Source of the DNA: a virus
Taxonomy: Duplodnaviria; Caudoviricetes
Direction: 5' to 3' (one strand)
Length of the DNA stretch: 64,000 nt
Virus record (IMG/VR): IMGVR_UViG_2511231106_000004
Location: 32,001 to 96,000 of that record
Shown: positions 28,002 to 35,613 of the stretch, piece by piece
Layout: the number at the start of each line of letters is the position of its first letter
Numbering within the stretch: position 1 is the stretch's first letter
The notes under the pieces: model-generated
The model's input: only the letters and a program-made list of their open reading frames with translations
What the model was told of the DNA's origin: nothing
Database searches by the model: none
Position numbers and translations under genes: made by a program

Positions 28002-28652
28002 ATGAAGAATTTAACAGCTCCTGGCCCACATCAAGTGCGGCCGATAGCCCAAACGAATATAGGGAATCAGGTCATAAAGACATACAACATTCAGGACAGC
28101 AACGTTAACATCTATAATACGTTTCCACCTAACCAAGGGAATCCATATAGTGCAGCCCAAATGATTGCACTCAATAATTTCAGCAAAGAATATTATCAGC
28201 TCCTCGTTACCTGTGAAACAGATGTCTTTGAAAATAATAACGCCACATTTCCCTTAGACCGTGCGTTAAGTCAAAGGTATGTTCCGGAAGAAATATTAAC
28301 CCGTTGTTCGTCTTTGTCAGAAGAAGGGATTGCCGAACTGAAGACCTTTCCGGCCATTGTCTGTATGGAAAACACAGGGTTCAATGGAATTACAGATCCT
28401 AATCAAACCGCGATATTCGCATATATAACACGAGTAAAAATGGAAGGCTACCAAGTTAGAGTGGCGTTCCAGCCCATTGCACCATTCCATCAAAAAATAC
28501 TTTGTGAACAGAAATATGCTATTTATTTCGACTTGAACATGAGTTGTGCCATTACGGATTTGAATCGCACTGCCTGGTCTATCCATAAAGTGAATCTTTT
28601 TGAAGCTTTCAATGAGTCTGGACTGGGATATCTCCCGCACCCTTCTATTTAA
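28002..28652 (+). CDS. Hypothetical protein (about 216 aa) with matching N-terminal amyloid-like motif
   Basis: AAGGAG RBS at 27987, ATG 28002; QTNIGNQVIKTYNIQDSNVNIYN near the N-terminus, then a globular domain ending LNRTAWSIHKVNL. Confidence 0.85.
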   Translation: MKNLTAPGPHQVRPIAQTNIGNQVIKTYNIQDSNVNIYNTFPPNQGNPYSAAQMIALNNFSKEYYQLLVTCETDVFENNNATFPLDRALSQRYVPEEILTRCSSLSEEGIAELKTFPAIVCMENTGFNGITDPNQTAIFAYITRVKMEGYQVRVAFQPIAPFHQKILCEQKYAIYFDLNMSCAITDLNRTAWSIHKVNLFEAFNESGLGYLPHPSI

Positions 28653-28664
28653 AGGTGACTGTCT

Positions 28665-31016
28665 ATGAACAGAAAATATCCAAGCGAAATAACAGAAATT
28701 AGAGTGGATGATGCAACCTTTAAAAATACAGGCACTGTCATCACCCCCACCTATATCAACTACTTTTTCGGAAACAACGGCACGGGAAAATCCACTATTG
28801 CCAAAGCAATCCAATCTGGAACTGGCATCAAGTATGCTCCAGGAAGATCTGCCACAGACTACCAGGTATTGGTTTTCAACCAAGAATATATCAATCGAAA
28901 TATGCAGAACTTCCATAACCTTCCAGGTGTTTTTACGATGGCCGAGGAGAATGCAGAAATCCAGGACAAGATTGATGAGGCTGCAGAGCAGCTGGCTGAT
29001 GCACAGGAAAAAGTATCAGATGCCACGGATGAAAAAGAAAAATTAATTAAAATAAAAAAAGAAATCTGTACAAAGTTCTACGATGAAATCTGGCGGCGGA
29101 CTGGAAAACTGCGTAAAACATTTCCAGGCACACAGGCTGGATACCTCAAATCAAAGGCTAATTTAGCCGACAAAGTAAAACTGTGTTCACCCAGCGAATA
29201 TGATTTGGATGATCTTAAACGGATGTATGATTCTGCCTACTCTTCTACAGCACAGAGCTATCCTCGCTTTAATACAATTAGCGATACTACTGTGCTTGAC
29301 AGCATTGAAGGCAGCGAAATTCTATCTGTTGCAATTGTCAATTCCTCAGATACCCAACTTGCAAAATTTTGGAAGAAAATCAAGGCTTCCGAATGGGTGC
29401 GTCAAGGCCATTCTGCATATCATGGCAAAACCGATGGGAAATGCCCTTTTTGTTCACAGCCTTTGCCTTCAGAATTTGAAAAATTCTTGACAGACAGTTT
29501 TGATGACCAATACGAGAAGAACCTTACAAAGCTATCAGCATTCCTTGAAGATTACAGAAACACAGCCAACGCTTTATTTATGCCTTTGTCAAAACTTCCA
29601 GAACCGCTATATCCTGTCCTTGATGAAAAACCCTACAAGGATAAACTGGAAGCCCTAAGAGGTATTATTTCTACAAACATAAACCGGATAAAAGAAAAAA
29701 TAGCCGAACCTTCTAAATCTATTAAATTGGATAATACCGCACCACTACTACAAGAACTCCAAAAAATGATTACAGATTATAATAAACTAATTTCTGATAA
29801 CAACATGGTAGTTGCTGATGCCCCTAAGAAAAAAGAAGAATGCAAAGAAAAAGTCTTTTCTTTCATGTCCTTCATAACAAATGAAACAATCAAGGCTTTC
29901 AACAAAAGTATCTCTGACATTAATAAACAGCTAAACAAGCAACAGGAAATCATTGATACTCAGACAGAGCAAGGTGCGGATATCAGAGAAGAAATCCGTG
30001 TTCTAAACAGCCAGACAAAAGAAACTGAGTCCGCCATGAACAACATAAACCTTATGCTGAAAGATGCCGGATTCCAGGGATTTAAAGTCTGTCCCCACTG
30101 GGAAGAAAGAAGAAATCCGGATGGTTCTGTAAAACGAGTGATTCCTTCGCCGATTCGTAACTATGCTGTAGTCCGTACCGATACCGAAACAGGAGAAGAA
30201 GAAATTGCACATGACCTTAGTGAAGGAGAAAAGAATTTCATCGCCTTCCTGTATTTCCAGCAAACTGTATTCGGGAGCACTGACGCAGACAGCGATTCTC
30301 TGCAAAAAATAGTTGTTATTGATGACCCCGTTTCCAGCATGGACAGTGGTACGCTTTTTATTGTAAGTGCTCAAATCCGTAAGATGATCCATATTTGCCG
30401 AAACAATGTTGACAACCGGCAACCGGCAGCAGATGGAAATTTCATCAAGCAGATTTTCATTCTTACCCATAATGCTTATTTCCATCGAGAGGTAAGTTAC
30501 CTTTATGCCCGACAGTGGAACTTTGTATCTTTTTACCTGGTCCGCAAAATCAACAATAAATCTTCCGTCCAGTTGTTTGAAAAGCAGAACCCCGACTGCC
30601 CTACCAAAATGATGAATGTCAATCCCGTCAAGAACTCCTACGCTGCCCTTTGGGAATCTTATAAGGAAGTCCGGAGCGGTATCCCGTTAAAGAGCACCAT
30701 CCGCAGGATTTTAGAATATTATTTCCTGCAATTATGCGGCTATGAAGGAGACGATTTGAGAAAACGTATCCTGGAAGACCATAAGAACAACTTTCTATAT
30801 GACGAAAATGGCCATGAAACTCCAGAACGATACGAGATGGCTAAGGTCCTTCTGTCTTACATCATCTCCGATAATTCCAGCGTGAATGATGGAATCAACT
30901 ACACGGACGATTTCCTCGATGAACAGCTTTACAGGGATACATTTAAAATGATTTTCAAATACATGAATCAGGAACAGCACTTCAATATGATGATGGGTAA
31001 CGAACAAGGAGAATAA
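28665..31016 (+). CDS. RloC-like SMC/ABC ATPase (AAA_13) with zinc hook
   Basis: GNNGTGKS Walker A, coiled coils with central CPFC, LSEGE signature, VVIDDPVSSMD Walker B/D-loop, LTHN H-loop, C-terminal IRRILEYYF domain. Confidence 0.9.
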   Translation: MNRKYPSEITEIRVDDATFKNTGTVITPTYINYFFGNNGTGKSTIAKAIQSGTGIKYAPGRSATDYQVLVFNQEYINRNMQNFHNLPGVFTMAEENAEIQDKIDEAAEQLADAQEKVSDATDEKEKLIKIKKEICTKFYDEIWRRTGKLRKTFPGTQAGYLKSKANLADKVKLCSPSEYDLDDLKRMYDSAYSSTAQSYPRFNTISDTTVLDSIEGSEILSVAIVNSSDTQLAKFWKKIKASEWVRQGHSAYHGKTDGKCPFCSQPLPSEFEKFLTDSFDDQYEKNLTKLSAFLEDYRNTANALFMPLSKLPEPLYPVLDEKPYKDKLEALRGIISTNINRIKEKIAEPSKSIKLDNTAPLLQELQKMITDYNKLISDNNMVVADAPKKKEECKEKVFSFMSFITNETIKAFNKSISDINKQLNKQQEIIDTQTEQGADIREEIRVLNSQTKETESAMNNINLMLKDAGFQGFKVCPHWEERRNPDGSVKRVIPSPIRNYAVVRTDTETGEEEIAHDLSEGEKNFIAFLYFQQTVFGSTDADSDSLQKIVVIDDPVSSMDSGTLFIVSAQIRKMIHICRNNVDNRQPAADGNFIKQIFILTHNAYFHREVSYLYARQWNFVSFYLVRKINNKSSVQLFEKQNPDCPTKMMNVNPVKNSYAALWESYKEVRSGIPLKSTIRRILEYYFLQLCGYEGDDLRKRILEDHKNNFLYDENGHETPERYEMAKVLLSYIISDNSSVNDGINYTDDFLDEQLYRDTFKMIFKYMNQEQHFNMMMGNEQGE

Positions 31017-31020
31017 TGAA

Positions 31021-31224
31021 ATGCGTATCAGCTACAATAAACTATGGAAGTTGTTGATTGACAAAAATATGACCAAGATGGAATTAAAGGAAGCAGCCGG
31101 AGTAAGTTCCGCTTCGATTGCAAAGCTCGGCAAAGGTGCCAATATTACAACCGATGTCCTGCTTAAAATCTGCGAGGCCCTTCATTGCCGTGTAGAAGAT
31201 ATTATCGAAACGATCAATGATTAA
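31021..31224 (+). CDS. Small Cro/C1-type (HTH_26) regulator
   Basis: 'ISYNKLWKLLIDKNM.K.EL...G.S.ASIAKLGK..NITTDVLLKICEAL'. Confidence 0.92.
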   Translation: MRISYNKLWKLLIDKNMTKMELKEAAGVSSASIAKLGKGANITTDVLLKICEALHCRVEDIIETIND

Positions 31225-31225
31225 A

Positions 31226-31270
31226 AAAAGGACTCCATGTAAACTGATATAGTCTGCATGGAGTCCTTTT
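31226..31270 (+). terminator. Intrinsic (possibly bidirectional) terminator
   Basis: AAAAGGACTCCATG...CATGGAGTCCTTTT. Confidence 0.75.
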
Positions 31271-31290
31271 CTCACATAAACCATGAACGA

Positions 31291-33960
31291 TTACCAAACT
31301 ATTGAACGGTGGTCTTTTATCCTATCGTTCAGATGTTGTGCATTTATGACTTTAGAAAGAATATTCCTGAATACACAGATATTCTTTTTAGGGGAAAATA
31401 AAAAATGAGCCTTCGAAGGAAAATCCTTCAGAAGCCCATATATCAAGCCGCTTTTACTGTTTGGGGTGCGGAAAATTTTTTTATCAATACGGAAAGGCTT
31501 ATTTTTATCATCTTTATCATTTATCCGTACACGTTCTACCTTATGCCGGTCATTATCCTTGCCAGAAATACGGTCCACACGGAACCGATCAGCAGATGCC
31601 ACTTTTTCAACTTCAGGAGCAAATTCGCTCAAAGAACGTCCCATATCTGCATCTACAGGAGCCCCGTTTTGTAACGCACGATAGACAATAGCTGCATATT
31701 CATAACGAGTCATTGCTCGATCGCCTTTAAACTCACCATCTGTATATCCATTTAAATAGCCTCTATCGGCCAAACTCTTAACATACTGATAGGCCCAATG
31801 GTCTTTTGGAACGTCCGAGAAATTAACATTTCTCATAGGAGAAACTGTGCCAGCTTTCATCATGTTTTTCAATTCATCAAGTTCTTGGCGCATTTCCAAA
31901 TTATCATTACGTAAGGCAATAATTTCTTTTGCCATAGATACCTTAGACCGGCTAACAGTACTCTTCTGTCCCAGTTTAAAAGTCACGCCGGCATTAACCA
32001 TGTTTTCTCCACCACCGAAGCTCCCTCCGACAGAAAACATAGTATCTTCGTTAGGTCTATAGAAAGCTCCTACAGCTACAGCATGGGCATCTTTGTAGTT
32101 ACCATAACCTGTTGCAAAGTCCCACTTATTATCGGGATCAAAATCTTGGGGATGAAGAGCTGATAAAGCTGCTGCACCAGCACCGACTCTGTTTATACGG
32201 GTATCCATTTTATCTAATCTGCCAGTTAAAGAGCCTCCCGGAAGCTGTATATCATTGAAATAGCCTACACCCGCATGAACATCTCCTTTAATATTTGCAT
32301 CACCATCTACTTGGAGATTTTGTTGAATATGAGTATCACCAGCGATGGTTGTATTCCCACCAATATTGGTATTGCCGTCTACCTGGAGATCCTGTTTCAG
32401 GTGGGTGTCACCACCTACCGTTGTATTGCCGTCAATATTGGTATTGCCGTCTACCTGAAGATCCTGTTTCAGGTGGGTGTCACCGCCTACCGCTGCATTA
32501 CCGTCAATATTGGTATTGCCGTCTACCTGAAGATCCTGTTTCAGGTGGGTGTCACCACCTACCGTTGTATTGCCGTCAATATTGGTATTGCCGTCTACCT
32601 GAAGATCCTGTTTCAGGTGGGTGTCACCACCTACCGTTGCATTGCCATCAATATTGGCAGCACCTCCGATGTGGGCATCGCCAATGGTAGTAATAGAATC
32701 AAACGTTGGGTTCTTGTCCATCTTGACTGTGATGGTCGTATTGCCTGCTCCGTCTTGGCTCACAACGGTTTTGAGGTTATCCCCGGAGTATTCGGTGTCC
32801 GCTTTTGCGCCTTCACCTACTACGTTAACTGTACTCCCCAGTTTGGCCGTAGCCGGATTTGCCGCACCGCTTGCAGAATTGGCACCAAACTTCAGGCCGT
32901 TATTGATGAGTGTCTGCCCGTACTGATATACGCCATTGCTGGTAGCGAGATCTGAATTCCCAGCTGCAATCGTGTCTGTGCCATTTACGCTGATAGTATA
33001 ATTAGTACTTCCGCCAGCACCTGTATTAGATGATACCGAAACGTGGCTTCCACCTGTAATAGTGGTTCGAGCAGCAGCTGCAGCCTGTGCTACAGCAAAG
33101 AGCTGTGAACCATTTACTGCGTCTGTAGACCCTGCATCCACACGTCCAGCAGCCAGATGCGTCAACGTACGTTGTGTAGTGCCGTTGCCTATGGAAACCG
33201 TTCCATTGACATTGGTTCCTGCGAAGTTATAATTCTGGCTTCCAATGGTCATTCCTGCAGTTGAGACGGCTCCTTCTGCAGACGAACCCGCACCTAAGGC
33301 AACAACATTTGAAAGTCCGTCTATATTAATTCCTGCCCCTAACGCAACATTATTATTTCCGTTTGAGATATTATTACCTGTCCCCAAGGAGACACTATCA
33401 AAAGAATTACTACTTGTACTGCCAGTACCTATGGAAATCCCATTACCAACGCTATTTTCGATTTTTACGCCCTGTCCTATCCCGATAGTTGTTGTGCCCA
33501 ATGCATATCCTGATAATCCTGTAGTGGTAGGTACTGAATCAATATTGCCGATCATAATAGATGCATAGTCAGCTCTAGCACCAGTTCCGATTGCAATGGC
33601 TCCGGTATTGACGTCTTGGCTTAACGGATTGCCAACAGATGCTTTAGAATTGGCGCCGATAGCAATAGCTGTATTACCACTATGTCCATTTGAAGCAGTA
33701 CTATCTACTGCAGCTGCATTGTCGCCAATCGCGATACCCTGTTGGTACTTATGGGCTCCATCACCCGATGTTACACCCTCGGCAAATGCGGTTCCCAAAC
33801 TAAGGCTTGATCCTAACAGTACAGCAAGTGCGCCGGCTACTACTCTGCCAGTGACTCCAAGCTTGTTCCCATTATTCCTTCCGTAACTTTTTGCCAGTTC
33901 AGAAGTAACCACATAGCAGTTACGCACCCGATTCCAAACCAACTTATAAATTCTGTTCAT
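31291..33960 (-). CDS. YadA-like trimeric autotransporter adhesin with ESPR signal, YadA anchor and C-terminal SLH domain
   Basis: MNRIYKLVWN..RNCYVVTSELAK (ESPR), AIAIG head repeats, 'LAAG....STDAVNGSQL' stalk/neck, 'GAGAAALSAL...AVGAFYRPNE' anchor, 'FSDVPKDHWAY...GY.DGEFKGDRAMTRYE' SLH. Confidence 0.92.
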   Translation of the reverse strand: MNRIYKLVWNRVRNCYVVTSELAKSYGRNNGNKLGVTGRVVAGALAVLLGSSLSLGTAFAEGVTSGDGAHKYQQGIAIGDNAAAVDSTASNGHSGNTAIAIGANSKASVGNPLSQDVNTGAIAIGTGARADYASIMIGNIDSVPTTTGLSGYALGTTTIGIGQGVKIENSVGNGISIGTGSTSSNSFDSVSLGTGNNISNGNNNVALGAGINIDGLSNVVALGAGSSAEGAVSTAGMTIGSQNYNFAGTNVNGTVSIGNGTTQRTLTHLAAGRVDAGSTDAVNGSQLFAVAQAAAAARTTITGGSHVSVSSNTGAGGSTNYTISVNGTDTIAAGNSDLATSNGVYQYGQTLINNGLKFGANSASGAANPATAKLGSTVNVVGEGAKADTEYSGDNLKTVVSQDGAGNTTITVKMDKNPTFDSITTIGDAHIGGAANIDGNATVGGDTHLKQDLQVDGNTNIDGNTTVGGDTHLKQDLQVDGNTNIDGNAAVGGDTHLKQDLQVDGNTNIDGNTTVGGDTHLKQDLQVDGNTNIGGNTTIAGDTHIQQNLQVDGDANIKGDVHAGVGYFNDIQLPGGSLTGRLDKMDTRINRVGAGAAALSALHPQDFDPDNKWDFATGYGNYKDAHAVAVGAFYRPNEDTMFSVGGSFGGGENMVNAGVTFKLGQKSTVSRSKVSMAKEIIALRNDNLEMRQELDELKNMMKAGTVSPMRNVNFSDVPKDHWAYQYVKSLADRGYLNGYTDGEFKGDRAMTRYEYAAIVYRALQNGAPVDADMGRSLSEFAPEVEKVASADRFRVDRISGKDNDRHKVERVRINDKDDKNKPFRIDKKIFRTPNSKSGLIYGLLKDFPSKAHFLFSPKKNICVFRNILSKVINAQHLNDRIKDHRSIVW
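32290..32690 (-). repeat. Intragenic 72-bp (24-aa) tandem repeat, 4 near-identical copies plus degenerate flanks
   Basis: GTGGGTGTCACC at 32401, 32473, 32545, 32617; unit GGDTHLKQDLQVDGNTNIDGNTTV. Confidence 0.95.
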
Positions 33961-33998
33961 AATACCACTCCTTGTTCCAAAAATTTTTAACCATTTAC

Positions 33999-34024
33999 AG
34001 TATACCCCCCCCGTATCATGTCAA
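33999..34024 (-). promoter_or_regulatory. Sigma-70 promoter of the adhesin with a G8 tract in the spacer
   Basis: Minus strand TTGACA-tgatacGGGGGGGG-TATACT. Confidence 0.7.
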
Positions 34025-34041
34025 TAGATTTTATATTCCAT

Positions 34042-35613
34042 TCACATTCCCACATGTATTTTCGTACCATTCTTAAAAACTATTTGAATTTTTACTTTAC
34101 TGTATACTATAATGAAGTCTACCAAACTGCACCACAGCCTTTCGTCAAACTCATATACAAGATTTTGTTTCTGCAGATTTTTCATAAAGTTATCCAGCTT
34201 CCAGTATCTGTCCACACACTGCTGTATGGCATCACAGACCTGATCATACTTCTTCTTCGTTTCTTCATACCGGCTGACCAGCCCGTTGTACTTCCTGCCA
34301 TATTCATCCTGGTCCTGTGCCACCTGGGCATTCTCAGCAATGAGCTGTTGCACCTGGTCGGTCAACATGTTCAGGTCTAATTCCAGCGCATCACGTTCCT
34401 TTTCCAAAGATGCGGTATCTGTAAGACGCTTTTTCAGCATCGTGATATTGCTCAGAATATCTTCCTTATTTTCAATAAGCTGATTGACTGCTCGGATAAA
34501 AGCACCTTTAATTTCATTCTCCGTCAGGTGCGGCGTCTGACAGTGATTCTTGAATTTGTCATTGCAGCGGTAGATGGTTCTCCGGTACTTATCAGTCGAA
34601 TGCCAGACCTTGGCCCCGTACCAGCCGCCGCACTGGCCGCATTTGATTTTACTGGAGAAGATGGATACGCCGCTGTAACGTTTTTTCCTTTTACGCCGCC
34701 TCTTGATTTCCTCCTGTACCCAATCGAATACCTGCGGGCTGATGATAGCTTCATGGTTATGTTCCACATAATACTGTGGCACTTCCCCTTCATTTTTCTT
34801 TGTCTCTTTTGTCAGAAAATCAACCGTGATTTTTTTCTGAAGCAGGGCATCCCCTTTATACTTTTCATTCATGAGAATACTTCGGATCGTGTTAGCTCTC
34901 CAGATTTTGCAACCAGCTGGAGTGGGAATCTTGCGTTCCGTCAGTTCTTTTGCAATAGAATGAAACGTGTATCCGTTAAGATACAAACGGTAAATCAACT
35001 TTACGATTTCTGCCTGCTTTTTATTCACTACCAGGTTGCCATCCATTCCCTTATCATACCCAAGAAAATGAGTGAATGCCAGACTGACCTTCCCATCAGC
35101 AAACCGTTTCCGGTGTCCCCAAGTCACATTCTCAGAGATGCTGCGGCTCTCTTCCTGTGCCAGAGAACTCATAATCGTAATGAGGAGTTCCCCTTTTGCG
35201 TCCAGTGTCCAGATATTTTCCTTTTCAAAATAGATTTCAATCCCTTTATCTTTCAGTTTTCGCACGGTGGTCAAGCTGTCCACCGTATTCCTGGCAAACC
35301 GGCTGACAGATTTTGTGATGATAAGGTCAATTTTGCCGGCTATAGCATCCGCTATCATTCGCTTAAATCCTTCCCGGTGTTTGGTATTCGTAGCTGAAAT
35401 GCCTTCATCCGTGTATATCCCGACAAATTCCCAATCATTTCTGCTCTGGATATAACGCGTATAATAATCCACCTGTGCTTCATAGCTAGTAAGTTGCTCA
35501 TCGTGATCCGTTGAAACCCGTGCATAGCCTGCCACCCTTCTCTTTTTTTGACTGTTCATCGGCTTTTTCGTATAACTCCGCAGTGTAGCTGGAATTACCT
35601 GCACTTTTTTCAT
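34042..35613 (-). CDS. Large serine recombinase (integrase)
   Basis: 'YARVST', 'DEGISAT', 'TKSVSRFARN', recombinase domain, 'KIKCGQCG' zinc ribbon, coiled coil. Confidence 0.95.
   Translation of the reverse strand: MKKVQVIPATLRSYTKKPMNSQKKRRVAGYARVSTDHDEQLTSYEAQVDYYTRYIQSRNDWEFVGIYTDEGISATNTKHREGFKRMIADAIAGKIDLIITKSVSRFARNTVDSLTTVRKLKDKGIEIYFEKENIWTLDAKGELLITIMSSLAQEESRSISENVTWGHRKRFADGKVSLAFTHFLGYDKGMDGNLVVNKKQAEIVKLIYRLYLNGYTFHSIAKELTERKIPTPAGCKIWRANTIRSILMNEKYKGDALLQKKITVDFLTKETKKNEGEVPQYYVEHNHEAIISPQVFDWVQEEIKRRRKRKKRYSGVSIFSSKIKCGQCGGWYGAKVWHSTDKYRRTIYRCNDKFKNHCQTPHLTENEIKGAFIRAVNQLIENKEDILSNITMLKKRLTDTASLEKERDALELDLNMLTDQVQQLIAENAQVAQDQDEYGRKYNGLVSRYEETKKKYDQVCDAIQQCVDRYWKLDNFMKNLQKQNLVYEFDERLWCSLVDFIIVYSKVKIQIVFKNGTKIHVGM

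Larger units (their letters stand above)
1..31270 (-). mobile_element. Prophage element 1 (HK97-type head, siphovirus-type tail); runs off the left edge, right boundary approximate
   Basis: Contiguous minus-strand sigma-like/primase/helicase/HNH/terminase/portal/protease/capsid/tail genes plus a divergent accessory operon; no att site identified. Confidence 0.85.

Noticed and set aside
27917-28118. Motif match as a trivial recent DNA duplication or a split gene
   Set aside because: Most conserved residues use different synonymous codons, and the second gene has its own RBS and start.
26597-31016. Calling the operon Lamassu/ABC-3C or a canonical RloC
   Set aside because: The ATPase is AAA_13/RloC-like, I recognise no LmuA effector domain upstream, and the RloC catalytic His is not evident; left unnamed pending HMM searches.
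32290-32690. CRISPR or DGR template/variable repeat
   Set aside because: In-frame 72-bp coding repeat; differences are not adenine-specific and no reverse transcriptase is present.
31271-34041. Exact attL/attR sites
   Set aside because: No convincing core repeat found by eye; serine integrase sites have very short cores and the partner ends lie outside the window.
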